64,000 bases of DNA from Amoeboaphelidium occidentale (lineage: Eukaryota). The stretch lies in NCBI GenBank assembly GCA_023515795.1, contig JALGPX010000014.1:186001-250000 (forward strand), written 5' to 3'. The notes below the pieces were generated by a model. It did no database searches. It was not told the origin of the DNA and was given only the letters and a program-made list of their open reading frames with translations. Within the stretch, counting starts at the first letter, position 1, and each line of letters starts with the position of its first letter. The position numbers and the translations under genes are program-made. Shown here in pieces: positions 39,818 to 55,432 of the stretch.

Positions 39818-40830
39818 TCATTGACCAACTTCAGTAGTTTCATCCCTCATGAGCATGTTTACTAATCTTTCAATAGCTTCTATGCAGTTTTCGTCCGTTT
39901 CGCTGAGGTGCAACTCTCTTATGATAGGATAAACCTTCTTCTTTCTCATGTATTCTCTACCTTCGCGTGTCATTGTAAGCAAGATCAGGATATCGACCAA
40001 ATCATTTCTGATTTTTGGTGATACTTCTCTAGTCTTATCAGACTCCAGGAACTGCAGCTCGTCAGGCATTCCATCCATGTCTTCAGCTGATAGATCTTCC
40101 GGCCCAGCTAGAGGCAGTAATACATGCACAAGCAAAGGAATCCTCTCATTAATGATTTCGATGTGCTTTTCTGTAGCTAACATGCAATTCTTTATCACGC
40201 TAACAACTCCAAAGCGCCTTATTGGTGACGAACTTTTCATATCGACAAGCAATAAACCAATAGGATAATCGAACTTCTCCGACATAAAGAACTCTCTTGC
40301 TTTCAGGCTATTTAGCGTAAGATTGCTAAACACGTTTGCCAAGTAATCAAACGAAGCCTTCTCGTTCAGTGTCTTGGGGCTGATAAAAGCCGAGATGATT
40401 TGGATTAGGAGCATGCCACTATCTGCTAATAAGATGCATACTTCAGGCGAAGACGTGATGTTGCTGAGAAGAATGCACGCTTCATCTGCAAACGGAGACT
40501 TGGGCATCAAGATCATAGAGCAAATAATGTCCAGCAAGCCAATATCCACAAAATCTTTCAGTTGTTCTACGGTAAGCAGTGCAGTTGCGTTAATGAGAGC
40601 CTTGATGGCTCCTTGCCCAATATCATTTCTAGCACACGCCTTTCTCAAGGCTGCAAGCATGTCGCGGTCATTCACAATGATGTTTGCGAATTCTGCTGAT
40701 TTGGATACGCCAACAATGCAGTCAATGGAGCCCTTACGAACCTAATCATTACTTTGCGCGAAAAGTAACGACATACCTCAGGCTTTGGATCATCTAAAAG
40801 ATCGAGTAGTTCAATCAAAGCTTCCTTCAT
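39818..40830 (-). CDS. HGH1: eEF2 chaperone Hgh1/FAM203 (ARM repeats)
   Basis: DYLANVFSNL, RR.GV.S.IKNC, LLPLAGPE, LQFL..DK.RE and R.KKVYPIIRELH; intron at about 40742-40776. Confidence 0.92.
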
Positions 40831-40853
40831 CTATTGCAGGAAAAAATGAATTT

Positions 40854-42896
40854 CTATTGACCTTTAACTCTACCTTGATTATCATTCACGGCATTAGATG
40901 GTGCATCACTGACAGTGTCTGCCTTTTCATTCATGTCTCCATTGTTCTTGTTTCTCATTAAAGACTGTGATCCTCTTTCCATAGTCCCTTCGCTATCTTG
41001 TTCCAAACGCTTGAGGGCAGCCTCACGCTCCATTTGGATGTCTTTGGTTTTCTTATTGTAGACTTCCAACAAATCGGAAAGTATACTTCGAAGCTTATCA
41101 AGATCTTCCTTTTCTTCTGGTTGCTGATTTGCAACCATCTTATCGCTGGCTTTCATCAACTGTCTGTGTAGTGATGATAAATATCTCTCAATATCTACAT
41201 CCTTCTTCTCTTTTTTATCGGGTCTCCAGCTGGAAAATATCTTGGAAAACCCTTTTAACCCGCTTTCTTTTTTCTTAGATGCACTTTCAAGGTCAGCATC
41301 TGAAGGTGCAGTAGTGATCTCGTCAATAAACTTTTTCATTCTTCCGATGTTATTCTGTACCAAATGATTCAGCTGAGCCATATAAGGCTCCTTCTTTCCA
41401 TCAAAAGGAGTCATGTTTGCCAACTGCTGGATAGTTTTAGAGATTAACGTTAACGTTCTGGCATTTCTGGGATTTGGAGGTTCTCCGTCATTGGATAGAC
41501 CAAACAACTGAGGGCCTAGACAATAAATAAGCCAAGTGATCATTTACCTAAAATTGCAGCATTGAAAAATCTCAAGAAAACAAAAGCAGTAACAACGGTG
41601 TATGGGACAACTTTGTCTGTTGGAAACTTTTCTGATGCTTCCTTTCGCAAAACTGAGAAGACCTTCTTTAATGGAGCTGGACATTTCGAGGCAGAATTAA
41701 GGATTCTATCCATTGCCCATTTGATGTAAGCTTCCAAAACAGTGAAATTTTCCTCAACACTATCAGTCTTTTCTAATCTCGTTGGGTCCAATTCACAAGG
41801 CCTATTCTGAACCAGAATTTCTGTGATAAACTGTTGAAGAACCTGTTTCAGATATCCCATACCAACTAATTTCATGTATTGATCTATAGCCTTGCTTCCA
41901 AGAGAATTGTGTCTGAAAATAGTGTTTGCGTCGGCGGTAGCCCTTATTTCACTCGCAGATATTCCACACAAAAATCTAGGAGCCTGACCTGCAAAATGAC
42001 TGATGGTGACCAAATTCTTAGCAACTTCTTCTCTTTCCTCTGTATTTCTACCTAGAGCCTGTGCTACTCTGAACTTTTCATCCAAAATCAGTTCAAGCAA
42101 TTTCGAGTAATTGCTCAACGGCAGAATATACTCCTCGTTATAAAGATACTTGGCTCTGATCACGCCCATTACACCACAATTAGAAGACATCAAAGGAGCG
42201 CATTTCGTGTGACAACAGGCACCACAAGAACATTTCATTCCAGAGTGGTTGATGCCCCACAAAAGATTGCGACAATGATGACAGGTTTGAGGAGTCGTGA
42301 ACAAGAATGGCTGAAACTCGTGGCTTTTATCAGCCTTCTTATCTTCTCCATATTCTTCTGAAGAAGCAGATGCTTGCAGAGTGTACCAGGTTTCATGGTA
42401 CTTACTGTCTTGATCAAGTGCTACTCTCGGAATCACAACCTGACCCATCAATCTATCTTTTATCAATGACTTGACCCACAATTCCACTATATTGATCAAT
42501 TAAACTTTGACCTCATGCAACTTACATACAACTTCTTTGAACTTTTCATTCAGATCAACCTCAAATTCGTCATCAAACCATGGAGTTTTAGATCTTGCAA
42601 CAACCTTGGTTTTCTTAAGAAAAAACGTTTCAGTAGTCTTTTCAGTAGACGATCCCCTATTTCTCCCTAGCGTTGCAGCCTTTTCAGGAGGAGCAAGCAA
42701 GCTGTTCTGTGAGCTTGAAGAATTTCTCCTGGCTGTTCCAGGATCAATATCAGCAATGATCTTTAACACAACATAAGAGTCACATTCTTCATCTCTGTTG
42801 ATGTTCTTTGCCTCCAAGATCTTTATCAATAAACCTTCACTATTAGCCTTTTATCTTGTGAAACTTACGGTGATCTTTCCTCAAAGCCTTGGCCAT
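40854..42896 (-). CDS. C2 + C1 domain RasGAP (GAP1-family-like)
   Basis: C2 (IKILEAKN..P.FDD.F), C1 (H.F...F..P..C.HC..LLWG..GMKC.C..CH.KC), and RasGAP FR.NSL, FLRFF.AAIL.P, RTLTLISK.IQ.LAN; 3 introns. Confidence 0.9.
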
Positions 42897-42933
42897 TTTG
42901 ACTTTGTTATAAAAATAGCAGAACCATTTTCAG

Positions 42934-43626
<693 letters not shown>

Positions 43627-43645
43627 AAAAAAAGACTTTTATGAT

Positions 43646-44427
<782 letters not shown>

Positions 44428-44759
44428 ATGTTGCTTTGTTGAAAAAAATTGTAGCTGGATTCTCGATGTCACGCTGAATGATTGAGCACGCGGTTACAGT
44501 CACATTATCCATTTCATTGGCCCCTCGTGTTTACGCGGTTATGAGTAGCAATGTTACAAACATCTAGCGGCTAAGATTGTGATGGTGTTCGAGGATGGAG
44601 TATTACACGGCAGCCGTGGGAATCGAGGCTGGTCTTGCCACGACGTTCTGGTGGCCGACGTGTCTGTTCAGAGATATAGACACATCATTCACTATTGCAG
44701 TATATCAGGATAGAGAACAAAATACGACTCAAAATGACTTGTAGAAACATGAAAACATT

Positions 44760-46518
44760 CTAATCCTTGTGTATAATCTGATCTTGCCTCCGTTTCTGCA
44801 CACCAGTTCCTGCTTTGGCTTGTGACGCTAAAAAAGATTAGTTTCAACGTTATGAAAGATGTACCTTCGTGTTTAGCTAAAGCAGCTGGGATTTTGGCGT
44901 TTGACTTCATAAGTAATTGTCGCAAGTCAAAGAATATCTCTGAATCCTCCAAAGTCAAAAAAGTAAGAGCAACTCCACTCTTTCCTGCTCGCCCAGTTCT
45001 ACCAATTCTGTGCACGTAGTCTGATATTCTTTTCGGCATATCATAATTTATAACCATTGAAACGTCTGGAATGTCAATACCTCTTCCAGCTACATCAGTT
45101 GCAACTAAGATCTCTTTCTTTCCGCTCCTTAGTAGCTGAAGAGATGCCTCTCTAGCGTCTTGTGTTTTACCACCATGAATAGTGACTACCCGATAACCTT
45201 CTCTTTCTAGAATGCTGCCAAGCATGTCGACGTTTGCTTTCTGATTAACAAATACAATTACTGGTGGAACAAGTTCTCTTTCAAGAGTAGCAAGAAGTCG
45301 GGCCTTTTTAGCGTCTTCTTGAACCATCTCGACAACTTGTGAAACAGTTTCAACGACTTGCCCAGCTGAACCAACAGTAACTACTACTGGAGATCGCATA
45401 TAAGTTTTGGCGATTCTCTCCACTTCTACAGGCATCGTTGCAGAAAACATTATAGTGTGCCGTTCCTTCTGCGACGACATGGAATCCAAAATTGACGTCA
45501 AACTGCTTTCAAACCCGAGATCCACCATTCTGTCGGCTTCGTCAAGAACAACAAGGCTACAGTCACTTAAGATAACGATACGTCGCTCCAAACAATCTAA
45601 AAGTCTACCAGGTGTTGCGATAAGGATGTCAATACCAGCTCTAGACTGTAGCAGTTGGTCTTCATAAGATTTTCCTCCCACAATTGAAAAACACCGAAAA
45701 CCAAAAGGTCTACAGAACTTTGAAGATTCATTTTCGATCTGCTGTGCTAGTTCTCGAGTAGGAACCAAAACTAATGCGGAAGGTCCGTGATCGTCGTCAT
45801 GAATCCGATCCGATCGGTTAGTATTATTCAATAGAAACGTAACAATAGGTATAAGGAAGGCAGCAGTTTTACCAGAACCTGTTTCTGCGATGCCAATAAG
45901 ATCTTTCTTTTCCAGTACAACGGGTATCGCCTGTCTTTGAATCGGTGTTGGTTCATCATAACCGATATTCATAACAACATCTTTTAGATCTACCGGCAAA
46001 GGAGCCTCCAGCCATGATCTTATTGGCGCAACATTTGACCCTCGAAGCGATATATTGTAATCTTCACGGAAAATACGCCAGTCTCGATTTGTCAAATACT
46101 GCAAAGGCTTTTCAGACCAATGCAAGTCTTCATAAGGATTCTTCTTGGATTTATATGAGTAGCCCAACGAGTCTTTGATCTCTGTCGTTCTTCTAACGAT
46201 AGGCAAATGCTGAGCCGTAGACGTATCCTCCTCGTTGTTCCAACCAAACACAAACTTTTTCGTCGACTTCAAGTCAGTGCGCTGTCTTTTAGGAAGGGGC
46301 TCCACTGTTTCATTCTTATGCTCATTATTTGAGACAATATCCATTCGTTGCTTAAAGCCACTGGAATCTTTCTTCTCTGCTCCCAATTGATGATCTAGCT
46401 GAACGGCTCGCTTCTCCTTGGGCACAAAAACTGGGCCAGTGGAGGATGGACCCCTCTGAGATGCGGCCTTAGCTCTACTCAGTATATCTGTGAGTGACAA
46501 TTTTGATGACTTGTCCAT
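44760..46518 (-). CDS. PRP28: DEAD-box splicing helicase Prp28/DDX23
   Basis: KF.F.W...EDTS, HWSEK.L...T.RDWRIFRED and DEAD; a 37-nt intron (44828-44864) gives the C-terminus ASQAKAGTGVQKRRQDQIIHKD. Confidence 0.93.
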
Positions 46519-46831
46519 TCTCCAAGATCGAGTTTGATTCAAGGAAAAAGAAGTTGATGAAGAATATTTGCTCAGAAGCAGATATGGTACTTCAACGGGG
46601 CATTCAGAGTTACTCATTAGGTCTATATTTCCGCGCTGTCGATATTAAATGTGATGCGGGCAAGCTCCATCACAAAAATTCCAACGCATTGTTTGACATT
46701 GAGCAGTTGATTCAACAGATGCTTCAAAGTTTCCAGAATAGGAAAACTTTCATTTCCGGGGACGAATTCGAATTAAAAGTCTCGTTTAATGATAAAAGAG
46801 GCTACCTCCTTCTACAAAAAGCCGGGTTTTA

Positions 46832-47818
46832 TTATTTCATTGGAGATAGAGACGCAACTTTCAGATAGGCGCGGTACATGAACTCGACAAGAGACCATAT
46901 GCCTCCCATAATTGCAAAAATTCTCGTAATGAAACTAACAAAGGATATCGGATTTGATTCAGAGACTCTGACAGAAATAGGTTCCAAATCGTAATTCAGG
47001 TAGATGCCTGGCGTTGAGCGCGTGGCTGCAGTGTCCGCACTCTCATATTCCGCAGAGTGTTCTGTAACAGCAAATTGATTTGTTAGAAGAACATTGCGAA
47101 AACGATCCATGTAAATTGTAGGCACGACAGATAAATAGTAGTCAAAAGTAGCGAAAGATAAAGATGCAACCTTTGTCAAACCATCAATCGGATTTTTTAA
47201 GCCAGGATAGTCCTTTCCGAACTGCAAATGAGTGATATGATGAGTAAGATTGATCGAATTGTGGTCCACATGCGGCCCATAATTCCCATGGCCTAGTACG
47301 TTTATAAAGAGTTTTCCAGAAACTTTGTTTAGTGTGGCAGTTCCGTAGATTTGGCACGAATCCTTCTCTGAAAACATCGAGGAGCCAAGGCCAAGAAGGC
47401 CCCAGCCAGCTGCCTTTTTGTTGGCATTCATTATGATATTATTTATATGAAGGTCGTTTTTCATATCCTTTCCAAGTTCTGATGTATCGGTCAAGTCTAT
47501 GGATGCTTCGGTAAACTTGAAATATCGACTTGCATCCTCCACTAATCCACCGTTATCCACAAGAATCACAGCCAAATACTTGCATTTCGTCGCTACAGTC
47601 ATATCTAATGTCAGTTCCAGCTTTCCTTGAACCGAATTGTCAACAAGGAACTCGTACTTGTGATGAATCTGCAAGTATTCGTAAAGCTCAGAAAGAAACA
47701 AGAACACAAGAACAGAAGCAACCACAATAGATAAAATGCCTCCTTGCTCTGTCTGCTTTTTGTAGCTGGAGTCCACCTTGGAGAAAATATCAAAGCTTGA
47801 AAGCCTTTTTCCAAACAT
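46832..47818 (-). CDS. ERV41: ER-Golgi vesicle protein Erv41/ERGIC2-like
   Basis: L.SFD.F.K, GG..S plus TM, CQIYG...NKVSG, N.TH.I.HL.FG and PGIY..YD.EP. Paralogue assignment is uncertain. Confidence 0.8.
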   Translation of the reverse strand: MFGKRLSSFDIFSKVDSSYKKQTEQGGILSIVVASVLVFLFLSELYEYLQIHHKYEFLVDNSVQGKLELTLDMTVATKCKYLAVILVDNGGLVEDASRYFKFTEASIDLTDTSELGKDMKNDLHINNIIMNANKKAAGWGLLGLGSSMFSEKDSCQIYGTATLNKVSGKLFINVLGHGNYGPHVDHNSINLTHHITHLQFGKDYPGLKNPIDGLTKVASLSFATFDYYLSVVPTIYMDRFRNVLLTNQFAVTEHSAEYESADTAATRSTPGIYLNYDLEPISVRVSESNPISFVSFITRIFAIMGGIWSLVEFMYRAYLKVASLSPMK

Positions 47819-47839
47819 CTTTTCACAATACCAAAAAAA

Positions 47840-48478
47840 ATGACTGAGCAGAGCACTTTGCTTTTAAAACGACAATTAAAAGGTGAATTTCACATATAGG
47901 AACACGCTAAATCTCCAAAGAACTTAATAAGAATCCCGTGGAAGGCTTTTCGGCAGGGCTCTTTGACGATGGAAATATCTACGAGTGGGAAGTTATGGTA
48001 CGCTTTGATTAGGTCGATTCTCACAAGTAAAGATAATTGGACCTCCGGAAACACTTTACGAAGGCGGATTTTTTAAAACTAGGCTCAGCTTCCCGAAGGA
48101 GTATCCACAAGTAAGATTATTTCGAACGTCTGACCTCTGAAGATGCCACCGACGATGAAGTTCGAGTGCGACTTTTGGCATCCAAATGTCTATCTTGATG
48201 GAAAAGTCTGCATTTCAATATTGCACCCGCCTGTAATTCTGTTTTATTTCCTTCGAAATAACTATTAGGGAGACGACAAGTATGGTTACGAAAAGCCGGA
48301 GGAGAGATGGCTTCCGGTGCACACGGTTGAAACGATTTTACTCAGTGTCATTTCTATGTTGTCAAGCCCTAACGATGAATCCCCAGCAAATATCGAAGCT
48401 GCTAAGGAGTGGAGAGAGAATCCTGATGCATTTAAAAAGCGAATTCAAAGAATTGTCAGAAGATCTCAGGAAATGTAA
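47840..48478 (+). CDS. UBE2G1: Ubiquitin-conjugating enzyme UBE2G1/Ubc7-family, 5 exons; not in the ORF track
   Basis: Spliced: [22 protein letters not shown]...[13 protein letters not shown]...[39 protein letters not shown]. Confidence 0.93.
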
Positions 48479-48525
48479 TTCTAGAGTCAGCAAAATAAAA
48501 GGACTTCGCATTAACGTGCATGTAT

Positions 48526-49674
48526 TCAGAGCTTTGATAGTTCCGGGGAATTAATGACTTCCCAACAGTAATTAGCCGCGGGCTTCATTAAAGATGCATA
48601 GAGATCTGCTTTGGCGCTGCTGGCTTGTCCCAAGATTTTTCGCGCTGCAACACCCTGCAATATAACAGCTGTACGAAAAAATGAGAATGAAATACAGAAT
48701 TTCCAGCCTTCCGACGATATAGCATGACCGCTTAACTCCGCGTACCTTGAAACCAGTTCATTTACTCGAGGCAAGTCATGAACTGCGTAGTCTCGGAGAC
48801 CATGCATTTCTCCAAAGTCGCCTTTCATGTAAAATGGTAGCAGCAGATTAGCCAAGTCTGAAAAGGGACTTCCAACAGTTGATAGCTCCCAGTCTAGCAC
48901 AGCAAGAATAGCTGGTTTCTTATCATCAAACACAACATTGTCCAATTTGTAATCACCGTGAATTACCGTTGTGTATTCCGGTACTTTATGGCAATTTTCT
49001 TGAAACCACTCCAAAATTTGATCTAATCTTGGAATAGGCGGCGTTCCTGCAATCGCAGCTTGTTTCAGAGATACTTGCTTTAGAACGTTAACTTGGCGCT
49101 GGTAAAAGTTGATGTGCTTAGCTTTAACACTCAGAGGTACTTTATGCAACCAAGCTAATACTCTTACTGCTTCATACCAATATGATCTCTTGTTGGCCAC
49201 ACCAACCAACCGCGTATCCACGTGAACACGCCCATTAACGAACTCCATTACGTAAAACTCAGTACCAATTACAGAAACATTGTCGCAATAAATGTAAGGC
49301 TTTGGCACAGGTATTTGACCATTAAGGGCTGAAATAATTTTGAACTCTCTTCGCATATCATGTGCAGTATTATCAAGAACTTTTCCTTGAGGCCTCTTTC
49401 GGAGAACCAGCTTCAAACTTAAAGCATTAGGCCACATCGAGGAAAGCTACCTCCCAGCAGTAATCAAATAGGTTGGATTCGACTGCCCAAACATGAACTG
49501 TTGGAGCTCCCAATTACCTTCAACTTTGCTTAACTCTGTAACATTCTTCTGCAAATAAGTCTTCAAGGCTTTCAAGTCTATTTCGTGCCTTTCAATTAAC
49601 GTTCTAACTTGAAACGATTACCCTGGCCTGATTTTCCCAACAGAATCGCTGGTGCAGAAACTTCCTGTTGTCAT
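48526..49674 (-). CDS. APH-family phosphotransferase (ACAD10/11 kinase-like domain, standalone)
   Basis: QF.FGQSNPTY, VLRKRP.G...AH...RE, HGDYKLDN and VLDWELST; two introns. Confidence 0.9.
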
Positions 49675-50368
49675 GCCCGATGGACTCTTTTAAGAGGACA
49701 GAGGGTGCGTGGAACTCTGTTCACATTTTTCAGGGGTACGAATGGCGTGATTCTATTGGCTGATTTTGTGATTGGCGTTCAACTTATAGGTTTCGAATAG
49801 ATATCACCTTTCTCATATGAAAAGTATATCTGTTACATCCTTAGATAGATCAATAAGTGACTTCTGCTCTTCATATTAAACAATTATCTTTCGTCTTAGC
49901 GTTTCAAGTAGCGCGGCGTGAAGGACGCAGAAAAAACTGAGCAAAATTTGACGGAGTTTGAGATTATTTACATTTTTAAGTTACTGCTGATATCAAATCG
50001 TCCGTGTTCTCTTCAAGGTATTCACATGCTGAAACAATTTCGTGCATAGTACACTTTTCCATCATCCAACAAAGGAACACCTGATAGAGAACCCTCTTTA
50101 TTTGCTCTCCCCAAATACTTAACTTTCTGTGCACTTTAAGTTTACACTGAATCGTCACCTGATTTTCCAGTCATGATCAGTTAACTCTGATACGCTCGAA
50201 TGGATGATGATCGCTCCGTAACAATCATTAAAAACGTGCTTTAGCAGCTACTACAGGTATGATCATAAGGAAAAATCAATAAGTAGTAGTAAAGCAGGCG
50301 TGCCTGAAGCGTTACATTGAAATCCTTTCAAAGGTTAATGTTGACAGNNNNNNNNNNNNNNNNNNNNN

Positions 50369-50487
50369 TTAAAAACGTGCTTTAGCAGCTACTACAGGTA
50401 TGATCATAAGGAAAATCAATAAGTAGTAGTAAAGCAGGCGTGCCTGAAGCGTTACATTGAAATCCTTTCAAAGGTTAATGTTGACAG
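50369..50487. repeat. Duplicate of 50228-50347 across an N gap (contig overlap)
   Basis: Same sequence on both sides of the N run, with one A-tract length difference. Confidence 0.85.
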
Positions 50488-50977
50488 GGCGTCTGGCCCT
50501 GTCTTTCCAGTGTCGTCTCGTGCCTTTCTACAGTTATTCCTCAAGACTCCTTATATCTGTGCAAACTTTCGTGGTGTATTGTACATCAAGGAGTTGTGAT
50601 AGCTCCACACAATATCGCCCTCCTTTTGTTGCTAGAAGAATATCTCTGCGCTCAGCTTTAATATATACAACAGATGCCACAGCTGTTCCGATCATAAACG
50701 TATGAAATATTAGAACGGACACATAAAGCCTTTCTATGCGTGATATCTTTGTCTTGTTACAATGCAGATTCGTCACCTCATAGCAACTCTGAAAACGACA
50801 ATATATCATCGTCTGATTTCACAAATAAAAACGTCCATCGGGCTTCGCGTAGCAATGAAGAGCGCATTTGATGCGTTCTGAAGCGTCTACCGCTGGTTCT
50901 GATACATGCCAAAAACCTCCATCTCCAACGATCCAATCAAAGGGCGAGTTGTTTCCAAATTTCTTTGTTTCTCAACA

Positions 50978-51498
50978 ATGACAACAATGAATCCAGAACA
51001 ATTGACTCCATTAGAACAAGTACAACTTGAAATCACTGACGTCACTAAAAAATACAACGAATGCAGCGCCAAGTTGATGGTCCTGTTAGACAAGACTGGC
51101 AAGACTGAGGAAGAGAAAGAAGCAATGGCTGGTTATAGAGAAATCCGCGCTGGGCTAAGCGCCCGGTTGGAAACCTTGGGTAAAAAGTAGCTGGTTCTTT
51201 TGAAGAAAGGTAACACGTTAACTATTGCCACGAAACAATTCTTATTTCTAGTAAAGACGACCAAAAAGAAGATGAAAGAGCCCCAATTAAGCGTTATTGG
51301 GGACTGCGTATATCCTTTTTCTGTTTGGTCCTCTTCCTGTTCATCCAGTTCGTCTTCGCGGCGACAGTCAAAGCCAATACGCCAACCTGGCCAAAAGCAA
51401 TTGCAGATATCGCAGCCGCTTTTGTCCAAGTCTTCACAATCGCGCATGTTTATATCGCAGGATTCCGAAACATCCGTGAAGCGCTCCAAGAAAGATGA
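50978..51498 (+). CDS. Possible small coiled-coil + 2TM protein or pseudogene
   Basis: Helical ORF 50978-51190, then a protein-like frame 51253-51498 (RYWGLRISFFCLVLFLFIQFVFAA...). Needs a 65-nt intron (51187-51251) or a frameshift. Confidence 0.35.
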
Positions 51499-51844
51499 GC
51501 TGCTGAAGAAGGAAGAGTAATTAAACCAAAATGTGTTGATCTTCAAACGCAGGCGTACTGTTAATTGATTTGGTAGTGTTAAACGATAGATAATAAACGA
51601 AGTTAATAATTTGGTTAGCTACATTCCATGTGCCTCAAATAAGACAATGCGAGAGCGTGGCACTGAAAGAGTGATAAATACAAGTCAAGCAAGGCTGAAG
51701 AATCAATCTTTCCTTGTTGCAGGTCTGTTGTAATAACCGCAGTATCATTGTCGCATGATGAAACTAGAGAACCGGTGTCTTAGTCAGCCAACCAGCCAAC
51801 TTCTAGTCGCAGCAAAACTTTCTATTGCAAATGAAAATTTGAAA

Positions 51845-52267
51845 CTATCTTTGCTTCTTTACAACCAGACCTTTGATTATTTGAGCTTTCCTCTTTGCAT
51901 TAGGAGGTTCCTTGTCTGCAGCAGGCCTCTTTACTTTGTGGACCTGAACGTTCTTTGATGATTCTGCCTCCTTTAAAGTCTCCAACTCTTTCCGGAACGT
52001 CTCAGATTCTTTCTTATCACGAGATATTTCTTCAATGTGCTTTTCTCTGGTGTGCTTTGTAACTTCATTGATAAATTCAACTTCGTCCTCATCAAGACGA
52101 CCTATTCGCGCACTCAACGAGTAATTCTTTATGAATTCCTCCTCTTTGAGTTGTTCTTGTTCCTTGAGTTGCTCATATAAAGACTTTTGTGGCTGATCGG
52201 ATGACACTTGAATATGTGGGCCCCTTCCGGAATCTTCCTTGATATCTTTCGCCTCAGAGTCTGTCAT
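51845..52267 (-). CDS. FAM192A/PSME3IP1/Fyv6-like nuclear protein
   Basis: KSLYEQL.EQ...KEEEF......RLDEDEVEF motif. Confidence 0.8.
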   Translation of the reverse strand: MTDSEAKDIKEDSGRGPHIQVSSDQPQKSLYEQLKEQEQLKEEEFIKNYSLSARIGRLDEDEVEFINEVTKHTREKHIEEISRDKKESETFRKELETLKEAESSKNVQVHKVKRPAADKEPPNAKRKAQIIKGLVVKKQR

Positions 52268-52416
52268 ATATTCTGCCAAGATAATGCCAAGTGAGCTAGA
52301 GCGCTTATGCCAAGGATCGCCAGGATCGTCGCGCAGTTTAAAAGGCGAGCTGTCTCAGTTGTGGAGGGCAACGACAAACATCTTCACAAACTCCAACAAC
52401 ATTTCTTTTAACAAAA

Positions 52417-54610
<2,194 letters not shown>

Positions 54611-54637
54611 TTTGGTCTTTATGTGAACATTTGATTA

Positions 54638-55389
54638 TTAAAGATAATCTTGTTCTTTCATATCTTTTAGCAGTTCGTCCAAATCTGTTCCTGTATTTTC
54701 TCTTTTTGTGACATTCTTACTCCCAAACAGCCATTTCGCCGGGGACTTGCTTTTTGGTACTTCTTTCTGTTTTTGCTTCCGATCCAGATTCTCATCCTTA
54801 TTTGTCGCAGGTAAAGGTTTGTCGTCAGCAAAGTCCATGCTCATCGGCTTATCTAATATTTCTGTTGTAACAAAATGGGCTTCGTTCTGTAACGGTGCAG
54901 ATGCGCTTCTTGACCGCACAAAAGTTGAATTCTCACTAGCAGCTGCGGATTCTGTAGCATAACGCTGTAACAAATTGATGCCTCGTATGCCTAAATCTTT
55001 TGAGGTCTGCATCGCTTTCATATGAACATCCTTTAGAGTATCATCTATCGCTCGCTCATGCTTTTTGAGCAGAGGATGAACAAAGTATTTGTAAACAAGT
55101 ATGTATCCCTGAGTCTGGGGCAAGATCAACCACGTTATAAAGGCAATTTTGAACTCAAAGTAAAAAGGAACCCAGAAGATAAAAATGTCCGCTATAGATT
55201 CCGTAAGGGTGAATAAAGCCATTACAATCCAGTAAATGAGCCATGGGACTATCTCTTTAAGGCTCTTTGATCTTATTGCTTTGTAGCTCATGTATGCAGG
55301 ATACAAGGAAGCAACCGCATTGCTTAAAACATTAGAAGCTTCCTCAGGAAGATGAGTTACCAGAGTATTCTTCCAATTGCGACAAGCAT
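54638..55389 (-). CDS. REEP/HVA22/DP1 family ER-shaping protein (REEP1-4-like)
   Basis: MLVAIGRILC|NAVASLYPAY.SYKA, W..YW.V, W.PFY.E.K..F..WL..P.T.G. Confidence 0.88.
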
Positions 55390-55432
55390 TTTGGTTTTGA
55401 AACAATTTTTCGACTTTGATCAAACATCAACC

